64,000 nucleotides of DNA, from the NCBI GenBank assembly GCA_028534125.1, contig CM052824.1, forward strand, positions 33,046,001 through 33,110,000, in the 5' to 3' direction. Shown here in pieces: positions 34,676-46,249 of the stretch. Position 1 is the first letter of the stretch. The number at the start of each line of letters is the position of its first letter. A model generated the notes under the pieces. The model was given only the letters and a program-made list of their open reading frames with translations, searched no databases and was not told the DNA's origin. The DNA is from Lama glama. Taxonomy: Eukaryota. The position numbers were made by a program, and so were the translations under genes.

Positions 34676-37600
34676 AGCTGTCTTCAGGGAAGTGTCTCAA
34701 ACTCTGCTGTCAGTAATTGTTGCTTAAATCAATGATTGACCAGAACCTCTCTGAAGAGGTAACTCTTCCTCCCCCTGCAGCTCGTCTGTGCTTACAACTA
34801 TTGTTTGTCTCAGGAGCTTGGCCTCAGGAGAGACCCTGTGTGCATGTTTCATCCCCCTTGGGGTCTCCTTAGCACCTAGTGCAGAGCAGGCACTGGAACA
34901 TTCTTACACTGGCTTTCCTGATGTGATAAGTCACTTTCAAATATAGTTTTGTGAATTTCCTTTCTCCCACTTAGTTGTCACCTACACTCTTCTCTTAAAG
35001 ACCAGTTTGGGCTCTCAAAATGTGCGATTTTGATTTGAGACCAGGTGACAAGCTCCCTTACCAGAAATATTCCTTTCATCCCTTCTAAACTATATCTGTT
35101 CCCTGTCGACACCGGCTAGACTCAGTTCCACAGTCTGCCTGCATCCTGTCTAAAGGGGGGACCTTTCACCCCTCAGAGGTCTCTCTGTGCAGTTGTGGTG
35201 CGTTCTTTCCTCCTCTGTCTTGCTTACTTGGTCTGGGCTCCTGCTCCAACCCCCTTGTTCACCTAGTGAACAGTTCATCCCTCCAGTGGTACCCACTCCT
35301 GTGAAATCTTTTCCATGTCTTCCCCTGTACACTTGACCATTCTTAAATACACCTGACCTGGATGCTTATCCATTGTGTGACCTTAGGCAAGTTACTTCAC
35401 TTCCAAGAGCCTCAGTTTCCACCTCTGTAAAATGGGATTGTAGCACCAACCTCTAAAAGGTTCCTTCCACAGAGCATATTTGAAATTAAATTTAAACCTC
35501 TAAATAGCTCATAATTTTCTGCAAGATAAAGTCCAAGCCTCTTTGAAGGGCAAATAAGGCCCTCCAGGCATATAGTCAGCACTGAAATGCTAATACTAGT
35601 CTCCTTTTCCCCTTCTCTCTCCTGAGCAGTATCATTTTTATCACATGGTTTTGACTGCCACACATTACAATTCAACTAGCTTAATTGACAACCAAAAGAT
35701 GGGACCCCCACCAGATTTGGGCTATGTGGATGGAGAGTTGAAGGGTGACTGGCTCCAGGTGGCTCAGGGGCTCCAGTGTTGTCTAGCCCCTCTATCTCCA
35801 CATTTCTCCATGCTCCCGCAGTGTAGCTTATCTTGTAGAAGAACTCTGATTGTTCTTGCTTGGGTTCTGTGCCATTGAGAGCTTGGACTGGGGAATGTAG
35901 GGAGAGCATCATGATCAAAAGGCCAATGGAATGAGGCAGGAATTCCTTAAAGGCAATGAAAGCAGGGGGACGGGAAAGCATCTGAGTACGACCAGACCTA
36001 GAGCTACTACAGTCCACTTCGTGTAGTTCCGTCTCTACAAGGAACCGTCAGATTCTTTTTGCCACCTGAGCCCTGTCCTTTCTCCTAAACTTACAGTACT
36101 GTGTTTCAGAATGTTTGCAGAATGTGTCCTCTTCCCTCAAACTCGGGGTGTCCCAAACCACACTCACTTCCTCCATCCTGCTCCACTTGAGTTATCCAGC
36201 TTGACAGCCTTGCTGTCCATTCTGAGCCCTCTCTCTGCTCTGTGTCCTCTTCTACCTTCTCACCGCATTGCTCCAGGTTAGGCCTTCACCATGTCACACC
36301 TGTGCCTCTGAGCTGGTCTCCCCCGAGTCTCTCTTCCTCTGCTTTCCTTTTGTAATACACCTGTCACCAGGTTTTTCTTTGTAAATAACAATGGGGATCA
36401 TGCCAGCCCCTTTCTTAAAAATCATCAGGGATTTTTAAGATACAAACAAAACTCATTCTTTCATTCAAAACATTTCATGATTTGAGGCCCACCTACTTTT
36501 TAACCTTTGAGCATATGAAGGCCTTTCATTCACCATGTCCTTCAGCCAAACAGAATCCCTTGCAGTGCTTTCTCCATCCATCTCTTGGTCCACACTTTTT
36601 CCTCAGCCTGGGACACCTATGCTGCTTCCCCCTTACTTGCTGTGTGACCTTGAGAAAATCCTTCACCCTTTCTGATTCCAGTTCTTTCTTCTGTTAAGCA
36701 GTGAGAATAGTACTTACCTTCCAGGACTGAACCGTCAGAGCACATGGGAAGCAGCTGGCCCCAGGCTTGCCAGAGAAGGGATTGAATAGTGAGCTGTGTT
36801 TCCTCTTTTCCCCTTTTGGCCCTTCTCACATATCTTCCAGATCTCGCTGACTCCTTTTCCTCCATCTCAATAACCTCCCCTGGTTTGTCCCTGGCCAAAA
36901 GCCTTCCCTTTTCTCTCACCAGAGCTCTTCTGGCACATTCTGTCACAGCCCTCTCCCCCTACCTGACTTTCTTCAGTTCAGAGAACACAGAATGATACCC
37001 CTAGGGTGTTGGCATGGGCTAGCTACTGACGGATCAGACCTTGTCCCTGACCTCTCAGGGGTCCAGATGACAGGATGAGAGCACGCAGTCTCTCCCTTCT
37101 GCTGGCTGGATGTCTTTCCAGCCCCAGTTCCTTCTGCCAAGGTCCCAGCCTTAGGCAGAGGACACTCACTCAGTGACTCAGGCCCAGGGACATGCAGAAT
37201 GATTAACTGACAAACCCTTCACCCTCGTCTTTACTCCTCTGTCCTCATGGACCCAGCCCTCCCCTCAGCTCCTCTGTGTGGGTACTGTGGAAGAAGTGCC
37301 CTTTGTCCTTTACAGGTTGGGGAAGGGAGAAGCTTGACCCAGGCCCCAGGAGGCTGCTTCCATTTCTACCTGCCACTCCTGTTGTGTCTCAGCCTGGACC
37401 CTCAGTGCCTGTTGTTCTTGGCCAGTTCCCCTGCGTCTCCCATGCCCCGTTCCCTCCACTGCTCCACTGCTCCCTCCCTCACCCACTCATGCACTTCCAT
37501 GTATACCTTTTCCCATTTGTTTCCCTGCTTTGATCCCGTTGCCCTTGAACTTTTCTGCTGAAACAAATAAAGCCTCAAATAATCACAGGAATAGAGTTGT

Positions 37601-40600
37601 TAGAGCTCATACAGATGGTGGTTTTCAAACTGAACCCTTGGAGAAGGTAAATCAGTGGTTTATCTTCTGGGGAAAGAGGACAGAGAAGGGCCTCTCAGAG
37701 AGCCGTGAGTACGGTGTGAGTCAGAGAGGGTGGGACACAGTCGAAGCTGTCGCCTCACTTCCCATTAGTCAGGAAGGCTCCATGAAGAAGGGGGAATTTT
37801 ATCTATTGGGCTGGATATTCTTCCCTACCTAGACGCATCCCTGGCCTTTATCCTTGTCAAGACTGAGTTCCTGGACCCCTTCAGTTTCTCAGCCTGCCCC
37901 TGGTAGAGGGACGTAAGAGTGAACCATCTTACCTCCAAGGCCTTCTACCTAGCTTCCCTGCAGGTCCCAAACGGTCCCTCTTCCTCCCGGTCCATTGACA
38001 AATGTACCTTTCTTTTCCATATATTTCAGTCTGTGAGGTGTTCTCTTGAGCCAAAGGCTAATCTCCCCATGTGTACACTGAATCTCATTGTCTTCCACAC
38101 AGCACATAAACACGCTCAAGCCTCTTCCCATTAAAAACCACCATTAGAATCAGTCTGGAGGTGAGAGCCAGGCATTGATATTTTAAAAGCTCCCCAGGTG
38201 ACTCTAGTATGTAGCTAGGGCTGAAAAAGAGAAACAATTAAGCCCACACTTCTTACCAAGGCCCACAGGGCTCTTCATAACCAGCTCCTGCCGACATTTC
38301 CCCCTTACCTACATGCCCTCTGAGCTGCAGCCACACCAACTATGTAGGGCTCCCCACACCTGCCACACCTCTTATTTCTGTACCTTCACACACATGCTTC
38401 CCTCTGCCTGGAGAACATTTCCCTGCTTTCTAGAAAGTGTCCTTCAAAGCTCAGCTTTGGTATCATTTCTGTGACATCTTCAAGAACTAACCCCCACCCT
38501 GGGGTAAGGTGCCCCACCCAGTGCTCTCATAACCCTCCCGCTTTATCTCTGTGGAATACTCACCACATGCTACTATAATTGTTAATTTATATGTCTGTCT
38601 CCTCCTCTAGACTGAGTGTTTTGCAGGGACCCCAGGGCCATGGAGATGCCATTTGGTAGGTCCTGGGTAAGTGGTCTTTATCAGATATTTGAAGATGCTT
38701 TCTCCCAGGACTAGGACAAGAACTGAAGGAAGTGAATCTTTGGGCACGTGCATTCATGTAGTCAGTGGGCCTTTACTGAGGGCCTGCTCTGGTCACTTAC
38801 CAGTGTGGTCCAGGGAACTAACGGGTAGTTGAAGTTCCCTATCTCTACTATGTTTGACCTCTGGGACTGTTTCATCATTTATAGTAATCTGCTTTTTTTT
38901 GTCGCTAGTTGGACTTCATCCAAAAGCTTCAGAATAGTGCTCTCAGAACAGTGCTTTGCACACAGTGAACATTTAGGAAATACTTGTTAAATGGATGCTC
39001 ATGAATCTATGTTACAAGTATATGCCTTCTTGCTTCCCCCCTTGTCTGTGAAATGTTGAGACGAAACATGCTGAGCACTCTACCTGGGTCATCTTTCATC
39101 TTCACAACAATCCTGTGAGACAGGTACTGTTGTTCCCATTTTCTGGAGGTCAGCCATGTACATAAAGTCCTACAGGTACTAACCAGGAGATCTAAATTCA
39201 GGTCTTTGGAGTCAGGTGTGTCCCCAAAGCCACTTAAGTATACCTGGAACACATGAGGCTTTCAGTAAACATTTATTGACTCAACGGATACTGCCACCCC
39301 AAGGGAAGTAGGAAGGCTTTTGAATTCTTACTGTCTTCCGTGCTTGACTCTGGGTCCCTGGATCTCTCTTGTCTTTCTTACATTGTGTTATTCACTCAGC
39401 AAACATCGTGGAGGGTCAGGTGAGCCAGACATTGGGACAGATGCTAGAGACAGATGACTAAAACTGGGTCCTGCTGAGAGGAACTTATAGTTAGGAGAGG
39501 GGAGGAATACAGATAATTGCATTGCAGTAAGATTGTGGGAGCAAAGTGAGGGAGTGATTTGTTGCTTGGGAGAGCTGCTTGGTCTTTGTGTTGAGTTAGG
39601 GAACAAGGCTTGGTGGGTGGAGGGGAGGCTGATATCCTTGGGAAACAGTTCAAGCATAAGATGTGACCCAGGAGAGCAGCACAGGTAGAATGCGAGGCTG
39701 AGGGCCAGATCAGGTCGGCCTTAATGTACAGCGCTAAGAAGTTTGAGCCTTTTGAATGGTTGAATTCTTTGGCCTTTTCCCTTCTAGGGTAGGCACTAAT
39801 AGTTTAGATCATGGCTGTACTTTGGTGCTGACCTCTTAACTCTAAGACTAAACTTCCACACCATTGACAAACACATTGCTTCTCCCAAACCACCACCCCT
39901 TCTGAATTCCACATGTACATCATATAATCCTGTAAGCATTTACTGGATCACTCTATGCAAAGCACTGTTCTAGGAGCTGCTGGAGATACAGATTTCATTT
40001 TGCTAAAACCTAGTCCTCACCAGTGAGTGTGTGCAACAGGGAGGGGAGAGTGCAGGAAGCCAGATAGACAGTGAAGTATACAGAGAGGGTCCAGCTGTCT
40101 CAGGGAAATCTCCAGCGTCTGCTCCTCCAATCCCATCAATTTCCAAACCTTCTTAGGTCGGGGTGCTCTCTTATCTGGTCTCCCTCCAGTACCCTCATCA
40201 CACTGGCTGCCAGAATGAAGTGATTTGATCAGACAGTAAACCCCATGCAAGGACAGCATGTGCCTTGTTCATTGATGTGTCACCAGCAATCAACTCCATC
40301 TTGCACGTGGTAGGATGTTGATAAATATGTGAAGAGTATTAGATAATACAGGCCTGACTATAGCCTCCTGAAAACTCTTCACTGTTTCCCCTCTGCTTCC
40401 AAAATAAATCGAACTGCCCCATTTGGCGTTCAAGACCTCCTACCTTCAGCCACAGTTGACTTCACTTCCCGCTCCTTTCACTACCTGGAAGGCCAGTGTA
40501 GCTGGTGATTCACTAACTTCTGCTCCAGGCTACTTGTATTCTCTCACCTCCACTCCACAAAATCCTCCCAGCAACTCCTAATGCTAGTCTTATCCAAGTT

Positions 40601-40659
40601 TACAGGCTCGTAGGGAAGGCTTTCCTCCGCAACTGCTCCCTGGGGCTGAGACCTCTCAG

Positions 40660-41340
40660 CCTCACCTAGTCGGCGGCTCTCGCAGGCTGCCTCCAGCCCA
40701 CCCCTCCCGTCCCACCCTCTAGAGAGGGAGCTCTTTGAGGGAAGGGCCGAGCCCTGGAACATTTCCCAGGTTCCTAGGCTGCGTGGGCCGGCCACCAACA
40801 GAAGCTGTATGGGTCGTGTTGGTGGATTAACCCCCGGAGGCCCAGAATGAGGCCATCCAGGGGCGGAACGTCAGGAAGACGCAGGGTGCAACTCTGGCGG
40901 GCGGAGGCCAGGCCGCGCAAGCTGACCAGGCGGGCTGCGATGCGGAGGGAAAGGGTGGGGAGCCTGGGCTGGGCGTGCTTCCTGCCAGGGCATCTGGCGG
41001 CCCGCCCCTGCCCCCGCCCCTCTGGCCTCAGAGCCGGGGCTGGACGGCCCCTCCTGCCTCCGCCCGCGGCCCAATCAGCAGGCGCCCCCCAACCCGGCCC
41101 GCCCCCTCCTCCTCTGGTGACAGAAAGTCGGCCCAGCAGATGAGGAAGTGGCAGGCAGGCTGGCCCCGGGGACTCTTCTCTGGCCCTGCTCCCTCTGAGC
41201 CCTCCACGACTGCCCGCCTGGCCCCCACTGGTGAGTCTGGACCTTCCAGGGCGGGCTCGCCACGTGCCGGGGCCCCTGCCCCGCTGGCCCGCCTGACCCG
41301 GCCTTGCCCTGCCCTGCCCAGGCTGTGGGCGAGGCTGATC
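40660..41340 (+). promoter_or_regulatory. ELOVL1: ELOVL1 CpG-island promoter
   Basis: CpG/GC-rich, with several GC boxes (CCGCCC), CCAAT at 41071-41075 and an ETS-like GAGGAAGT just upstream of or within exon 1. Confidence 0.8.
41130..41230 (+). other. ELOVL1: ELOVL1 first (5'UTR) exon; 5' end approximate
   Basis: Lies in the CpG island downstream of GC and CCAAT boxes and ends at a strong donor CTG|GTGAGT (41230/41231). It splices to the acceptor at 43782, 14 nt before the ATG. Confidence 0.8.
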
Positions 41341-43795
41341 CTGGGGAGAGTGGGTGGGAGGTCCTAGCTCTCTGGGGCTGGGCCTCCCCAGCAACCTCCC
41401 TCCCGCCTGGCCCCCATTTGCTTAAACCTAGGCTTTCCTCCACCACCTCCTGGTCTAGCCCCTATGCGCCTCCTACTCCTCCTTCCCCTTGGCTCCCTTC
41501 TCCACCCCCACCTCCCCCTTCCTTTGCCTGTCTCCTTTTCCCTTCCATCCATCTTAAAGGAAGCAAGGACCACACTGAGTTTCCCTACCTGTAACACACC
41601 CAGATTCTCCTCAAACTTGGGGAGAGGTTCTTTCCAGAAGCCTTGAGCCAACCCTGATCTCCAGGGTGTGTGTGTGGTGCTTGTGGGGGGAGGTGAACTT
41701 GGGGATGGTAGCTGGAGAGACCAGGAGATAAGTAGCTGGCGAACTCACATGGTGAGGGAGGAATCGAGTGTGGGAGCACATGCCTCCGGTGAGCCCTATC
41801 CCAGAATAAATGACCAACAAAGATCTGACCGTGAATGAATGAATGACAACTGCTATCAGTGAAAAGAGATCTGTCCTGCTGCACGACCCAGGGCAGGTGT
41901 GTGTCTGCAAACCTTGTGGTTCAGTTCATTCACCTGCAGGTGGGCTGTGGGAGTTTGTGTGACTGCATTTACCGGTGACTCACATACATGTGAGGAAACC
42001 TGCGTATGAACCCACCGTGTGAGTGTAAGCATTTGCACATGGTAATGCGGGACCTGTAAAGGAGTGTTTGTGAGTGTGGGTGTGGGTGTTTGCCAGTGTG
42101 AACGCAGTTAGGAGTAGGCCTGAGTGTTAGAAACCATGCATGTCAAAGTCCACGGAGACTCGTCCGGGTGGTGTGTCAGAGGAGGGCAGTTGTGGCCAGC
42201 GGGAGGTATGTGGACTCTGTGTGTGCCTGGGTATACTAGCCACTGGTGAGTTGTTGTTGGGAGCTGGGGAGAGCCGTGTAACAGGAGATGTATGTACGGG
42301 AGGCCTAGGGGCCTGACCATGGTAGGGCAGTTGTGGGTCAACATGGAGGTTGGGGGAGCATCTGGGAGCTGTGTGTGCTAGGGGCGCGGGTGCAGCCTCC
42401 GTGGCTGTGTCAGATGTGTTCTTCACTTCGTCCCTGCACAGGTGGTTCTCTGGGTAGAGGGAACCTGGCTGACTTGAGGGCAGGCAGCTTGCAGAGTATT
42501 TGCTGCCCTGGCTGTTTGGGGAATGCCTTGTCCCTCTGGGACTGCCTCTGAGTCCCAGGCTCTCCTCCATCTGGGCGAAGGCTTTTGTATCCCTGTGAGC
42601 CCTCCCCCGACATTCCTTTTGGGCTCTGAGGGGAAGAGGGCCAGAGGGCCAGAGGGCCTAGCTCATGAGGACCCCTCCCTGTGGGAGGGGAGGACGCCTG
42701 AGACCTCTCCCACTTCCCACCTCCTCACATGCCACTGGCTTCCCTGCCCCTCCCTGGGAGAGAAGGGTGATCATACCCATTCTGAAGTAGGGCAAACTGA
42801 GAATTTCTGGCTAGCTTAAGAGAGGATGCTGGGTGTGGGTTTTCAGCAGTTCTCTTTGGGCCAAGACTAAGGCTGGGGATGGAGTCCTGGGAGGTTTCTG
42901 GCTCAAAACCTAGAACCTTAGCTCATCTGACTGGTCCAAGATGGGTGGGTGTTGAGTCTTGGGCTTTACTTGGCTTTCTCAATCCTGGTGGGTCCTGCAG
43001 GCACTGACCTGTGGCCTGGACCCACCCTCCACCCCATATGCTCAGTCCAGCGGGGGCGGGTGAAGGGCGGGACTGCTGCCAGATCTAGTCAGACAGGTGG
43101 AGCTGCCAGGGCAGGAGCCTCAAAGAGCCAGGCTCCTGCAGAGGAAGGGCGAGAGGAGTGCACCCGAGACAGACGAGAGGAGAGGCTGGAGGTGAGAGCC
43201 CAGGAGGACAGAGGAGAGCCGAGGGGGTGTCCCGACAGGGAGAGGAGGAGGGGACAGCAGGGACCATCCCGGGAGGTGAGCATCCTGAAGTGGGACAGAA
43301 GAGGTTGAAGGGGAGGGTCCCTGGAGAGAAGAAAGACCCAGAGCTGAGAGATGGAGATGTGAGACTTTGGTGAGGAAGGGAGAGATGGCTCATTCTGGAG
43401 ATGAGTTCTCTGTTGGTGAGGGTTAAGACTTTCTGGAAGGACTCCAGAAACAGAGTTCTCGTGGAAGAAGAAGGGAGGGGAGGTCAGGAAGTTAAATCCC
43501 TGGAGAGGACCAGAGAGTGAGGAGAGGAGAGTAAGGTGTGGAGAGGAAGGGCGGAACAGCCCTTCCCAGGCAGGCAGGATGTACGGGAAGCAGATGCCCC
43601 TGCCAAACGGCCTCCTCCTACCCCTCGTCCCCAGTCCCTAGCAATTCCTTCCTCTCGCTGTTCTGTGAGGTGTGGGGTGCTGTCCCGTCTGGTCTGTGTC
43701 CTGTCTGTGGGTCAGGGGTGAAGGTAGGGGAGGGAGAATGCAGTCGGCCCAGTCTGACACTCATCCTCCATACCTCGCCAGAGTCCTTAGCCAGG

Positions 43796-45471
<1,676 letters not shown>

Positions 45472-45971
45472 GAAACATGGCCTAGCTGGGCGCCCACCTA
45501 AGTGCCTCAGGACTGCACCTTGGGCAGCATCTGTCATTGTCCTCCCCAGCTACACCTGTGACCAGAGCTCATGTGATCAGGACTGAGCTGGGGGACAGGC
45601 CCTCTGCTCCCCACAGCTGGTACACAGGGACCACTGCTTCCGTTCCTCCCCCACTTCTCCCGGCCAGCCCCAGGGACGTGGCCTCACCGCCCTCTGCCGC
45701 TCCAGAGCAGAGCTAGGGGCCTGGAAGGGCTGGACACTTACTTTCCCCTCCCTGCCTTACACTTGGGAGAGGAGCACTCAGGGCTGGCCCCCACCAGGGT
45801 CTTGTGGCCTTTTTCCTCACACTGAAGAGGTCAGCAATAATCTGTCACTATGGATCCAGGCTCCCTCCTTGTCCACCTCACACTGAAGCAGGAGCTTCTT
45901 GGCCAAAGGTCAGGGTGGGTGGGAGGCCTGGGAATATAGCCTGTGGAGGCTGCTCACTCACTTATGTCTCC

Positions 45972-45977
45972 ATTAAA
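45972..45977 (+). terminator. ELOVL1: ELOVL1 polyadenylation signal (ATTAAA)
   Basis: About 500 nt after the stop codon, followed by a GT-rich downstream element (gctgtgtgtgtacatgtgtg). Confidence 0.7.
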
Positions 45978-46188
45978 AGTGACAGAGGCAACCACTGAGG
46001 CTGTGTGTGTACATGTGTGAACGGATGAGGTGGGGTACAAAGCCGGCCAGCCTGCCTGCAAACAGGAGGGATGGGCAAGGCTCCCACAGGGTGACTGTTT
46101 CTCGAGCTCTCTGTCCACAGTGGAGAGGGAGCCCTTGGGAAGGCTGCGGGGACAGAGGTCATGCAAAGAGAAGAGAGGGAGGCGTGAC

Positions 46189-46194
46189 TTTATT
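46189..46194 (-). terminator. CDC20: CDC20 polyadenylation signal (AATAAA)
   Basis: 55 nt after the stop codon, preceded by a U-rich tract and followed by a pyrimidine-rich element. Confidence 0.8.
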
Positions 46195-46249
46195 AGAAAA
46201 AGTAAAAAAAAAAAAAAAAAAAAAGCACAAAAAACTGGTGAGTTGGTTC

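Larger units (their letters stand above)
29950..37300 (+). pseudogene. Candidate highly decayed unitary pseudogene of a mucin-like SEA/EGF/single-pass TM protein
   Basis: Plus-strand fragments occur in a plausible domain order: S/T/P-rich frames (29962-30800), SEA-like LLKFSNGPGAVV (31618-31653) and DPGSLLW..SQEV (31937-31990), EGF-like GN..CSxVCAYNYC..RDPVC (34758-34843), GSRWL(M)GLQC followed by a hydrophobic stretch (35751-35875) and weak tail motifs (37172-37290). Frameshifts and stops interrupt all of them. The family assignment is from memory. Confidence 0.5.

Noticed and set aside
40774-41394. 206-aa Arg/Gly/Pro-rich ORF antisense to ELOVL1
   Set aside because: Low-complexity by-product of GC richness with no recognisable domain.
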